This document shows, piece after piece, positions 43,688 to 53,117 of a stretch of 64,000 nucleotides of DNA. The DNA is from a bacterium (GTDB lineage: Bacteria > Bacillota_I > Bacilli_A > RF39 > UBA660). A program made the position numbers and the translations under genes. Where the stretch lies: positions 382-64,381 of the forward strand of contig JALFTB010000035.1 in assembly GCA_022779465.1 (NCBI GenBank). Direction: 5' to 3'. The stretch's first letter is position 1. Every line of letters begins with the position of its first letter. Below the pieces are notes generated by a model. That model had not been told where the DNA came from and ran no database searches. It worked only from the letters and a program-made list of their open reading frames with translations.

Positions 43688-45085
43688 TTAACAAATAATT
43701 AATAATAATACAACAATTATTGCTAACATAATAAGTAAGAATTTCCAAATATATTTCATCCATTCTTTATATGAGATTCCTAAGTATGATAATCCCATTA
43801 AAAGGATGGCTGAAGATGGAATGAAAAATCCTACATAACCATATGTTAATTGTAATATTAAAGCAATTTGATCTGTTAAGTCTGCAAATTTAGTTGTTAA
43901 GAATGTTCCAATTAAATTAACAGTGTATGAATATTCTACAGTAAATGCTGATGTTAATAATCCTGAAATTGTAGTTAGCAATACATTAAATTTATCACTT
44001 AATGAGATAATCCAATTTACAATTGTAGGGATTACTGGGAACATAGCTGTGAATTCTAATGTTAAGTAAGATAATAATAGTAATACTACCATTTTACCTA
44101 CTTTTTTAAATCCTTCACCATATGCTGTAATAAATTCATCCATACTGATATGATAAATCCATTTTACTAATAATGAAGCGATTAACATAATGATTTGAAT
44201 ACCAAAGATATCCCAAGAGCCAAATTCTTTAACAGATCCTAAAATATATCCGAAGATTGGTGAATCAAATACTTCATATTGTAAAATGTTTTCTGTTGCT
44301 GTTTTAAACCAAGTAATGCCAAATACTTCTTCCCATGGTAAATATGCCATGATAGATACTATAGCTGTTAAAACAAGTACTATAGCTAAAGGCCATACTT
44401 TGTCTTTTTTAGTAACATTAGTTTCTTCAAACATATCTTTAATTTCTTCGTCTTTTGTAGGTTTATGTTTAACAAGACGTAATACAGTAAAGATATTAAA
44501 TACAACATATGTTAAACCAAATACTAATAATTTAGCCCATAATAATGTACTATATTCTACTGATAAGTATTGAACATTAACTCCTACAATTTTAGTACTA
44601 TATACTGTACCTAAAGCACCAACTAATATAGAACCAAATGTTGTAACGAATGCTGTAATTTTATCTAAGCCCATTTTTCTCATTATTGTAATAAAGAATG
44701 GAACAACAGCTATTAATAAAATGTATTCATTTGTTACAGCAGAAATTGCAGCAATAATGAACGAAACTACTAATGTGAATAATATTTCCTTTCCTTTAAA
44801 TGTTTCTGCCATTTTTGCAGTTAATTTTTGGTATCCGGCAGTTTTAGATAATACTTGATAGAAACCACCTAAGACAAATAAGAATGTTACTAATACAGTA
44901 AAATAATACATTCCTAATAATCCATAAGTGAAGAAATCAAATATACCAACTCTTGTTATATCATTTGAAGTTAATTCAGCACCAGAGAAATATCCTTGGG
45001 GAATAACCCATGTTAATAAAACAGAAATTAGTACCATGATACCTGCAATCTTAACTAAATCATGTTTTTCTGCAAATTTTTTCAT
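43688..45085 (-). CDS. Polytopic membrane transporter, possibly YfcC/DcuC-like
   Basis: 465 aa with more than 10 predicted TM helices. The N-terminus (VLLTWVIPQGYF) resembles YfcC-family proteins. The family assignment is unverified. Confidence 0.5.
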   Translation of the reverse strand: MKKFAEKHDLVKIAGIMVLISVLLTWVIPQGYFSGAELTSNDITRVGIFDFFTYGLLGMYYFTVLVTFLFVLGGFYQVLSKTAGYQKLTAKMAETFKGKEILFTLVVSFIIAAISAVTNEYILLIAVVPFFITIMRKMGLDKITAFVTTFGSILVGALGTVYSTKIVGVNVQYLSVEYSTLLWAKLLVFGLTYVVFNIFTVLRLVKHKPTKDEEIKDMFEETNVTKKDKVWPLAIVLVLTAIVSIMAYLPWEEVFGITWFKTATENILQYEVFDSPIFGYILGSVKEFGSWDIFGIQIIMLIASLLVKWIYHISMDEFITAYGEGFKKVGKMVVLLLLSYLTLEFTAMFPVIPTIVNWIISLSDKFNVLLTTISGLLTSAFTVEYSYTVNLIGTFLTTKFADLTDQIALILQLTYGYVGFFIPSSAILLMGLSYLGISYKEWMKYIWKFLLIMLAIIVVLLLIIC

Positions 45086-45156
45086 TTCTAACCTCCTCTA
45101 TTAACATTATAACATTATTAGATATAAATAAAAAAGTTTTTTTGCATTTTTCGACT

Positions 45157-45184
45157 AAAAAAAGCCTATAATTAGGCTTTTTTC
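45157..45184 (-). terminator. Rho-independent terminator of lysS
   Basis: Stem AAGCCTA / TAGGCTT with flanking A/T runs. It overlaps the lysS stop. Confidence 0.7.
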
Positions 45185-46656
45185 TTCATTGTTGGGAATA
45201 ATATTACGTCTCTGATGCTTGTTGATTCAGTAAAGAACATAACTAAACGATCAATTCCGTATCCAATTCCACCTGCTGGAGGCATTCCATATTCTAAAGC
45301 TTCGATGAAATCCATATCAATATCGTTAGCTTCATCGTTACCAAGTTCTCTTTCTTTTAATTGATCTTCAAATCTTTCTAATTGGTCAATAGGATCATTT
45401 AACTCAGTATACGCATTTGCAAATTCTTTACCACCAATAAATAATTCAAAACGATCTACAAAACGAGGATCTTCTGGATTTCTTTTAGTTAATGGAGATA
45501 TTTCAACTGGATGACCATATAAGAATGTTGGTTGGATTAAGGTTTCTTCAACGTATTTTTCAAAGAATAAATTAATAATATGTCCAACGCTCTTTTGATG
45601 TTCTTCAACTTCAATATTATGTTCTTTAGCTAATTCTAAAGCTTCTTCTATTGTCATTTCTTTTTGGAAATCAATTCCAGTTTGTTCTTTGATAGCATCT
45701 ACCATGCTAACTCTTTTCCATGGACCTTCTAAATCAATTTCATTGTCATTCCAGTTATATGTATATTTTCCAAATACTTCTTTAGCAATGGTTTTAAACA
45801 TATTTTCTGTCATTTCCATCATACCTTCTAGATTTGAATATGCTTGATATGCTTCCATTAAGGTAAATTCTGGATTATGCATTGGATCCATACCTTCATT
45901 TCTAAAGGTTCTACCAATTTCATAAACTGATTCCATACCACCAACTAATAGTCTTTTTAAAGGTAATTCTAAGGCTATTCTAAGGTACATATCCATATCT
46001 TGAGTATTATGATGAGTTATGAATGGTCTAGCAGATGCTCCGGTTAAAAGGGTATTTAAAATAGGGGTTTCAACTTCAGTAAATCCACGATTATCCATAA
46101 AGTTTTGTATACATCTAATAATTCTAGGTCTAGTAAAAGCTACTTTTTTAGAATCTTCATTCATGATTAAGTCAACATATCTACGACGATATCTTTCTTC
46201 AATATCAGTTAAGCCATGGAACTTTTCAGGTAATGGTCTTAAGGCTTTTACTAAATGAGTATATTCTTGGCATTTTAAAGTTATTTCACCAGTTTGGGTT
46301 TTCATAACTTTACCAGTTACACCAACAATATCACCAATGTCGGCAGTCTTAAATAGTGTATAAGTTTCTTCTCCTACATCATTAATAGAAATATAAATTT
46401 GAATTTTACCACTTTTATCTTGAATACTGAAGAATGATGCTTTACCCATTTTACGAATAAACATAATTCTTCCTGCTACTGTATAGACATCATTAATGTT
46501 TTCAAATGCATCATGTTCGACACCTTGATATTTTTCTTTGATTTCAGCGGCTAAAGCGGTTCTTTCAAAGCGATGACCAAATGGATCAATTCCTTGTTCT
46601 CTAATTTTTTGAGCTTTTTCTCTTCTAATTAATTCTTGATCAGTAAATTCTCTCAT
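45172..46656 (-). CDS. lysS: Lysine--tRNA ligase, class II
   Basis: 494 aa with an OB-fold N-domain and class II motifs ([25 protein letters not shown]). Confidence 0.96.
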   Translation of the reverse strand: MREFTDQELIRREKAQKIREQGIDPFGHRFERTALAAEIKEKYQGVEHDAFENINDVYTVAGRIMFIRKMGKASFFSIQDKSGKIQIYISINDVGEETYTLFKTADIGDIVGVTGKVMKTQTGEITLKCQEYTHLVKALRPLPEKFHGLTDIEERYRRRYVDLIMNEDSKKVAFTRPRIIRCIQNFMDNRGFTEVETPILNTLLTGASARPFITHHNTQDMDMYLRIALELPLKRLLVGGMESVYEIGRTFRNEGMDPMHNPEFTLMEAYQAYSNLEGMMEMTENMFKTIAKEVFGKYTYNWNDNEIDLEGPWKRVSMVDAIKEQTGIDFQKEMTIEEALELAKEHNIEVEEHQKSVGHIINLFFEKYVEETLIQPTFLYGHPVEISPLTKRNPEDPRFVDRFELFIGGKEFANAYTELNDPIDQLERFEDQLKERELGNDEANDIDMDFIEALEYGMPPAGGIGYGIDRLVMFFTESTSIRDVILFPTMKKKA

Positions 46657-46664
46657 AATAATCC

Positions 46665-46885
46665 TTCTTTCTAAAATAAAAAAAGTTAATGATTAAAGGG
46701 ACGAATAGTCGTGGTACCACCCTTCTTCAATCATTAACTGATCCTCTTAATTGATAACGGTAATTTACCGGATAACTCACTCCAAGGTTTTTATTCATAT
46801 TACTTTACTATTAACTTACACCAACCGTTAACTCTCTATAAGTAAGACATAATATTACTCGTCCTCTTCTTTGATTTATGCCTAG
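46665..46885 (-). promoter_or_regulatory. T-box riboswitch leader, Lys specifier
   Basis: On the minus strand there is an AGAGA box and GGUUGGUG, then GAAUAAAAA with an AAA codon (about 46788-46792). The T-box sequence GGGUGGUACCACG lies at 46710-46722. A terminator follows (GUUAAUGAUU...AAUCAUUAAC plus a U-run). Confidence 0.85.
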
Positions 46886-46914
46886 ATAATACTATAAAAA
46901 ATATAATTTGTCAA
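46886..46914 (-). promoter_or_regulatory. Sigma-A-type promoter for the lysS leader
   Basis: TTGACA (46909-46914), a 17-nt spacer, then TATTAT (46886-46891) on the minus strand. Confidence 0.65.
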
Positions 46915-46962
46915 ACAGAATATTTTATTTTTATTTACATAATTTATATAGAGGTGATTTTA

Positions 46963-47301
46963 ATGAATGGTGCTTATTATCCAAATGCTAATTATCAAGG
47001 AGATATGAATTTAAATAATGCTCCTATTGGTAATGATGTTGATAATGAACAAAGTTATATTGAAAATATTTTAAGATTAAATAAAGGAAAAAGGGCTAAG
47101 GCATATTTTTCTTTTCCGGATTCTAACACTTGGAGAGATAAAATATTTGAAGGTATTATTGAAGAAGCTGGTAAAGATCATTTAGTTATGAGTGATCCTA
47201 AGACTGGTAAATGGCAACTAATTTTACTAATCTATCTTAACTTTGTAGAGTTTGATGAAAAGATTGTTTATAATCATTCTTATTCAGAGATAACTTATTA
47301 G
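46963..47301 (+). CDS. gerQ: Spore coat protein GerQ-like
   Basis: SYIENILRLNKGK...GIIEEAGKDHLVMSDPKTGKW..LILLIYLNFVEFDE resembles B. subtilis GerQ (YwdL). Start set to ATG at 46963, 6 nt after GAGGTG. Confidence 0.7.
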   Translation: MNGAYYPNANYQGDMNLNNAPIGNDVDNEQSYIENILRLNKGKRAKAYFSFPDSNTWRDKIFEGIIEEAGKDHLVMSDPKTGKWQLILLIYLNFVEFDEKIVYNHSYSEITY

Positions 47302-47799
47302 ATTGTTTATTTCTTCTTTTAATGTTGTTTTAGGACCATGACCAGGATATATAATTATGTCTTGGTCATATTTTATTATTTGAGAAATACTTTTTTGCAT
47401 TTCTTGAAAATTTCCAGAAGGTAAATCATATCTTCCGATGCTTCCTTTAAAAATAAAATCTCCACAAAATAGATTTTTATCAAAGAGATAACTTACTAAA
47501 TCACTTTTATGTCCAGGAGTTTTGATAACTTTAAAAGAGAATGAACCGATGGTGTTAATATCTTCTTTTAAGTTGGAGATATCATAGACGGGACAGTTAT
47601 ATTTTTCTTTTATAGTGTTTAATGCTCCTATATGATCAAAGTGATGATGGGTAATTAGAATACCAATTACTTCTTTATTTATTTCGTTTATTATTTTATT
47701 TGGTTCTTCTCCGGGGTCTATTATTAGAGTTTGATTATTTTTAGTCAAGATATAACAGTTAGTTTGTAATGGTCCTACTACGATAGTTTTAATTTCCAT
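47284..47799 (-). CDS. MBL-fold metallo-hydrolase (glyoxalase II-like)
   Basis: 171 aa. Motifs ILITHHHFDH and TPGH. Its 3' end overlaps gerQ convergently by 18 nt. Confidence 0.8.
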   Translation of the reverse strand: MEIKTIVVGPLQTNCYILTKNNQTLIIDPGEEPNKIINEINKEVIGILITHHHFDHIGALNTIKEKYNCPVYDISNLKEDINTIGSFSFKVIKTPGHKSDLVSYLFDKNLFCGDFIFKGSIGRYDLPSGNFQEMQKSISQIIKYDQDIIIYPGHGPKTTLKEEINNLISYL

Positions 47800-47881
47800 T
47801 TTTTATCACCTTAGTAAGTATAACATAAAATATTTGTATTTTTTTGAATTATTATATGCTATAATTATTTAAGGTGAAAGT

Positions 47882-48430
47882 ATGGATGGTATTATGACTA
47901 TACTTCTTACAATTGTAATATTGGTAGGAGTAGTTACAATTATTTATATTGTTAATTTTAATAATTTACAAGCTTATAAGATTAAGATTAATGAAGCAGA
48001 AAGTATTATTGATGATTTATTAAGAAAAAAATATGATAATTTATTATTAATTAAAGATGTTATTGTAGAAGAAACTGATGTTGATGCAAAGGTTTTTGAT
48101 GAACTAAAAAAATTCAAAACTATGAATATTTCAAGTTTTGATTTTGAAAGAAAACTTACAGAAATTAATAATTTAATTGATAAAATTAAATCTGATTATG
48201 AAAATTTAAATAGTGATGTTAGATTTAATAATTATTATACAGAAATTTATGAATGTAATGAAAAATTAGAAGCTACTAAGAGTTTTTATAATAAATATAC
48301 TAATTTATTAAATAAAACAATTAAGAAGTTCCCTTCAAATATTATTGCTTTTATTCATCATATTAAAGTACAGACTTTCTTTGATGGAAAAGATATGTTT
48401 GATGATGATATAAATGATTTTAAGTTATAA
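47882..48430 (+). CDS. lemA: LemA family protein
   Basis: 182 aa with an N-terminal TM segment and a helical domain with LemA-like spacing. AAGGTG lies upstream. Confidence 0.65.
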   Translation: MDGIMTILLTIVILVGVVTIIYIVNFNNLQAYKIKINEAESIIDDLLRKKYDNLLLIKDVIVEETDVDAKVFDELKKFKTMNISSFDFERKLTEINNLIDKIKSDYENLNSDVRFNNYYTEIYECNEKLEATKSFYNKYTNLLNKTIKKFPSNIIAFIHHIKVQTFFDGKDMFDDDINDFKL

Positions 48431-48467
48431 AAAAGGATTAATCATATGATTAGTCCTTTATTTTTTA
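48431..48467 (+). terminator. Rho-independent terminator of lemA
   Basis: Stem AAAGGATTAATCAT / ATGATTAGTCCTTT followed by a T-run. Confidence 0.75.
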
Positions 48468-48995
48468 TCTTAAAGATTTTATTAAAATCGTTATCTATTT
48501 TTGATGTTTGTTTGGTTATATTAATTAATTATTAAATTAGATAACCCATAAAATCTATTATTATCACCTTCTTTCTTGTAATGACAATTTAGTTATGTTT
48601 AATTTGGTTTGTATAATATGATTTATAATTTACTCAGCATGAAGTAAGGTATATACTTAAGAGATTTGGAGGTGCTGCAAATTAAATATAACTTTTTATT
48701 GGTATATTTTTAATAATCTATTTCATACTTTTTTCTCTTTTATAAACGTGTAATTATGAATAGTAGTATTATTAATATACTTGTTTATCTTTAAAATATT
48801 GGAGTGAATTATATTTTAAAGTTGTCATTAGGAGTGTTAATAGTACCGAGTAGTTGGGTTATTTTATAAGTAGGTTATATATTTACTATTAACTGGATAT
48901 TAATCCTAACTCCTGTAATAAGGATATAAAAGTTATTTGAAAATAATGTGAAAATAAAAAGTTTTTTAAATGAAAAAAAGACTTTACATAGTCTT

Positions 48996-49655
48996 TTATA
49001 ATTGCCAATTAATTGGTTCTAATCCATGGGCATCTAAGAAAGCATTTGTTTTACTAAAAGGATGACTTCCAAAGAATCCACTACTAGCACTAAATGGTGA
49101 TGGATGTGTAGATTCTAAAATTAGATGTTTTTTGTTAGTAATAAATTGTTTTTTACTTTTTGCAAAATTACCCCATAAGATAAATACAACTGGTTCTTCT
49201 TTTTGATTTAATACTTTAATAATATAATCTGTTAAATTGCTCCATCCAATATCTTTATGACTATTTGGCATATCTTTTATTACTGTTAATGAAGAGTTTA
49301 ATAGAAGTACACCTTCTTTGGCCCATTTTGTTAAATCACCACAGTTTGGTTCTTCAATGCCTAAATCGTCATATATTTCTTTATAAATATTTTTTAAAGA
49401 GGGTGGAAGTGTAACACCTTTTTGGACTGAAAAAGATAAGCCATGGGCTTGATTTTCTCCATGGTAGGGATCTTGCCCTACTATAACAACTTTGGTATTT
49501 GAATATGGAGTTAATTTTAAAGCATTAAAAATATTATTTTGAGTTGGATAAATTGTTTTGGTTTGATATTCGTGTTCTATGATGTGCCAAAATTTATGAA
49601 ATCCGGGACTATTCCAAACTATTGATAATTTTTCATCCCAATCGTTTCCAATCAT
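48996..49655 (-). CDS. ung: Uracil-DNA glycosylase
   Basis: 219 aa with the GQDPYHG and HPSPFSA motifs. Confidence 0.95.
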   Translation of the reverse strand: MIGNDWDEKLSIVWNSPGFHKFWHIIEHEYQTKTIYPTQNNIFNALKLTPYSNTKVVIVGQDPYHGENQAHGLSFSVQKGVTLPPSLKNIYKEIYDDLGIEEPNCGDLTKWAKEGVLLLNSSLTVIKDMPNSHKDIGWSNLTDYIIKVLNQKEEPVVFILWGNFAKSKKQFITNKKHLILESTHPSPFSASSGFFGSHPFSKTNAFLDAHGLEPINWQL

Positions 49656-49972
49656 ACTAATTTCCTTTCTTGATTATATAAATATAGTGCGGTTAATCCA
49701 CTTTCATTTAAGAAAAATATCAATAACAATACCACGACTTTTATTAAAAACAATAAATTTGTAAATCTTTTGAGTTTATTTCTTCCAATCAAATTAGAAC
49801 ATAGAAATATTGTTGATACAGTTAGAATTGAACAAAGACTAAATACTGTACTAATTGTTTTAATATGCATATCATTTTCTGCTAACCATAGTTCTAGAAA
49901 ATTGTAATAAATTCCGTCTGCTAGAGCTAATAAAGCGAGAATAATTAATATTCTTTTGATTGTTTTATTCAT
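49652..49972 (-). CDS. Small hydrophobic protein, possibly a transporter N-terminal fragment
   Basis: 106 aa with about three TM segments. It overlaps the ung start by 4 nt. I recognise no motif. Confidence 0.3.
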   Translation of the reverse strand: MNKTIKRILIILALLALADGIYYNFLELWLAENDMHIKTISTVFSLCSILTVSTIFLCSNLIGRNKLKRFTNLLFLIKVVVLLLIFFLNESGLTALYLYNQERKLV

Positions 49973-49979
49973 AATTACC

Positions 49980-50432
49980 TTAATACATTAATTTATTAGA
50001 AACTGCCCAAGGAATGAAATGATCTTTTATAGCAGTTGATACATATGAATCATCATCTTCTAAGCCAAACCATTTATATTCGATTATTTCTTCGTTAGGG
50101 ATTAATTCAACATTTATTTCTTTTTTAGATAACATCATATGCATTTCAATTGTTAATGATGGGTCTGATAAAGCTGGTTCTCTAAAACATAGAATTTCTT
50201 CTAATTCATTTTCTTCAATATCAAAGCCATTACCTATTTCTTCTCGAATTTCTCTTCTAACAGCTTCTTTAAAAGTTTCACCATTTTCAACTCCGCCACC
50301 TACTAATGTGTATTTTCCTTTTTTAGAACTTCTTTGTGACATACTTATTAATACTTTTCCGTCTTTTATAAAAGCGGTTCCAACAACATAAATTAAATCT
50401 TCCATTTTTACCTCACTTATGATATGTTTCAT
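49980..50432 (-). CDS. Nudix hydrolase
   Basis: Nudix box GGGVENGETFKEAVRREIREEIG. Confidence 0.85.
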   Translation of the reverse strand: MKHIISEVKMEDLIYVVGTAFIKDGKVLISMSQRSSKKGKYTLVGGGVENGETFKEAVRREIREEIGNGFDIEENELEEILCFREPALSDPSLTIEMHMMLSKKEINVELIPNEEIIEYKWFGLEDDDSYVSTAIKDHFIPWAVSNKLMY

Positions 50433-50847
50433 TATTTATTATTTTAAATGCGCGATATATTTGTTCAAGTAGTATTCCTCTAAATAAACCATGAGGAAAT
50501 GTTAAATCGCTAAATGATATTTTGTTATCAACTTTTGATAAAACTGATTCATCAATTCCATCGGAACCCCCAATGATAAAGTCGATGTTGCCGTAAGTGG
50601 CAAGACTTTTATCAATAAAATTAGAAAAAGAAGGAGAGTTAAATTTTTGTCCATCTAAGGTTAACGCTACTTTTAATGAACGAGTATTTAACTTAGATAA
50701 TATTCTCTCGCCTTCTTCTTTTTTGCTATCATCTTTTAATTCTATTAGTTCTATTTTGTGATACTTGTTAATTCTTTTTAAATAATCTTCTATCATATTA
50801 ACTAAATATTTTTCTTTTAATTTACCTATACATATTATTCTTATCAT
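50413..50847 (-). CDS. rlmH: 23S rRNA (pseudouridine1915-N3)-methyltransferase
   Basis: 144 aa SPOUT protein. IIGGSDG...LSFSDLTFPH motif. It lies downstream of yycJ, as in Bacillus. Confidence 0.9.
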   Translation of the reverse strand: MIRIICIGKLKEKYLVNMIEDYLKRINKYHKIELIELKDDSKKEEGERILSKLNTRSLKVALTLDGQKFNSPSFSNFIDKSLATYGNIDFIIGGSDGIDESVLSKVDNKISFSDLTFPHGLFRGILLEQIYRAFKIINNETYHK

Positions 50848-51608
50848 ACTTCTATAAGGTCCGTTCTTTCTTCTTGTTTTGCAACAACAATATTATTAAA
50901 TTTAATATTATTTTCAGCAAATTCTTTATTTAATGTTTCTAAAGCTAGTTCAGGTGTATTATTTTCTTCACTTAAATGGGCTAAGATTATTTCTTTAGTA
51001 TTTTCACCAATTAATTTTGTTAAATAGAATGCGCTTGATTCATTTGATAAGTGGCCAACATCGCTACTAACTCTAGCTTTTAACCACTTTGGATATCTTC
51101 CATGCATTAGCATTTCAATATTATGGTTACTTTCAAAAATATATATTGTTTTATTTTGCAGTTTTTTAAAATACTTTTGATTTAAATATCCAGTATCAGT
51201 TATTTGAACTACTGATGAATTTCCTTGTGTTACTATGTATCCACGACTATCTGATGTATCATGAGATGTTTTAATATTTTCTATAACTAAATCTTCTAAC
51301 TCTAGATTATCTGTTAATAATAATATATTTTCATAATTTTTTAAATAATCTAAATCTTGATACATTAATTCGGTTAAAACTATTGTTGGTTTATGACTTT
51401 TGACAATTGTTTTTAAAGCACTAGTATGATCAGCATGAGTATGGGTAATTAATATGTAATCAATATCTTTTAATGATAAGTTTATTTGATTTAATGCAGT
51501 TTCTAGATATTTTTGATTTTTTCCAGCATCTATTAATATTTTTACTCGATCCGTAGTAATTAGTGTTGAGTTGCCTTTAGATCCACTTGCTAAAACACTT
51601 ACTAGCAT
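50844..51608 (-). CDS. walJ: MBL-fold hydrolase YycJ/WalJ
   Basis: 254 aa. LASGSKGNS start, THTHADH motif and conserved position before rlmH. Confidence 0.85.
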   Translation of the reverse strand: MLVSVLASGSKGNSTLITTDRVKILIDAGKNQKYLETALNQINLSLKDIDYILITHTHADHTSALKTIVKSHKPTIVLTELMYQDLDYLKNYENILLLTDNLELEDLVIENIKTSHDTSDSRGYIVTQGNSSVVQITDTGYLNQKYFKKLQNKTIYIFESNHNIEMLMHGRYPKWLKARVSSDVGHLSNESSAFYLTKLIGENTKEIILAHLSEENNTPELALETLNKEFAENNIKFNNIVVAKQEERTDLIEV

Positions 51609-53113
51609 GAAAATGCCGCCTTACATGGATTTAAATAATTATTATTTTGATCTTGTATTGCAAAGTGTAAGTGGGTCCCAGTTGATGAACCACTATTTCC
51701 CATGTAACCAATTTGTTTACCTCTAGTTACTTTATCTCCTACTTTTACTTTTAATTCTTTAGTAATATGGGCATATATGATTGTATATTTTCCTTCATTA
51801 TATGATACTCTTATGTAATTTCCCCAGCTTTGACCACATCTACTTCCGTAATATCCTTGGTTTGAACATGTATTATTTGTAGCAACTACTACACCATCAG
51901 TTGCAGAATAGATTGGAGAGCCAAAACCAGTACCTGAGATATCAATACCATTATGGTGTTTACCCCAACGCCATCCGAATCTACTGGTTATAACATATGG
52001 ACTTACTGTTGGCCAATACCAGTCTTCATTTCCAGTATTAATATAAGTTCCACCACTATATGATTTAGTTCCTCTTACAACGATTTTGTTAATTGCAGGA
52101 GATATTTCTTCTGATTTAGTAATATATAATTGTTCAACAGCTCCGTTTTTATATTGAATTCTTTCTGTAACTCTTGATAAACCGTTACTTCCTTCTTGAA
52201 TGACTTTTTGAGTTCCATAATAAAGTGAACTATCTTCTTTATATTCAGTAGTGTATTTATTGGTAATATCTTCTACTACTTCTACTTCATGTACTACATT
52301 AATAAGTGGTGAAATTAATCCGATTGATACTTCTTGATTTTTTGTTAATAAGATATTTTGACTTGGTATAGTTGGATTAGCAATTAAGAATTCTTCAATA
52401 CTTAAGTTGTTTTTATCAATTATGTCTTCAATTGAATCGCCATCTTTAACGATATACGTTTTTTGTTTTTCAGTTGTTCCAAATAACATATATTGACTTA
52501 AATCGTTTGAATTAGTAAATATTTGTTCTTCAGTACTAATATAGGCCTTTCTTATTGTTACTTCTTCTTCCCAATAGATTGAATCTATTAATTTACCAAC
52601 ATCAGTTATTTCTTCTTGAGTATTATCTTTATAAGCTTGTAATTCAGTGGTTCCAACAAAAGCAGCTACTGTATTATAAAATGCATCTTCAAAATAATCT
52701 TTTTTTAGTGCATAAATTGTTATTGGTTTTTTGTTTTCATCTTTATATTTTATTGTTACAGCATATCCATCAATTGTGAATGGATTTTTGTGTTCAATAA
52801 TATTATATACTTGTTCAGGTGTTAATATATTTTCATGATAAGTTGATACTTTTTCGATTACTAATCCTGATGGGGGATATACTTTATCAACTTTATATTT
52901 ATTTTTAATTTCATTTTGTTTATTATCTACTAATTTTAAAAATTCATCTTCTGAATTTAAATATCCAATAGATTCTCCATTTAGATAAACTTCATATACA
53001 TCAACTGGAGCAGCTAATGTTTCTTTTTTAGCACCTATAAAAAATAATAGCATACTAAGTATTAAAGTCATTGTAATGGAAAGTAAAATATCTTTAGTTT
53101 TCATATTTATCAC
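51602..53113 (-). CDS. M23 family metallopeptidase with LysM and G5-like domains
   Basis: 503 aa. It has an N-terminal TM segment, a LysM domain (YIVKDGDSIEDIIDKNNLSIEEFLIANP) and a G5-like region ending VVRGTK. The M23 motifs are HNGIDISG and THLHFAI. Confidence 0.85.
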   Translation of the reverse strand: MINMKTKDILLSITMTLILSMLLFFIGAKKETLAAPVDVYEVYLNGESIGYLNSEDEFLKLVDNKQNEIKNKYKVDKVYPPSGLVIEKVSTYHENILTPEQVYNIIEHKNPFTIDGYAVTIKYKDENKKPITIYALKKDYFEDAFYNTVAAFVGTTELQAYKDNTQEEITDVGKLIDSIYWEEEVTIRKAYISTEEQIFTNSNDLSQYMLFGTTEKQKTYIVKDGDSIEDIIDKNNLSIEEFLIANPTIPSQNILLTKNQEVSIGLISPLINVVHEVEVVEDITNKYTTEYKEDSSLYYGTQKVIQEGSNGLSRVTERIQYKNGAVEQLYITKSEEISPAINKIVVRGTKSYSGGTYINTGNEDWYWPTVSPYVITSRFGWRWGKHHNGIDISGTGFGSPIYSATDGVVVATNNTCSNQGYYGSRCGQSWGNYIRVSYNEGKYTIIYAHITKELKVKVGDKVTRGKQIGYMGNSGSSTGTHLHFAIQDQNNNYLNPCKAAFSC

Positions 53114-53117
53114 TTCT

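Noticed and set aside
48640-48700. The GGAGGTGCTGCAA segment considered as a fragment of SRP/4.5S RNA or another structured RNA.
   Set aside because: The surrounding sequence is extremely AT-rich with no complementary GC helices. It is not compatible with SRP, RNase P, tmRNA or a tRNA by eye.
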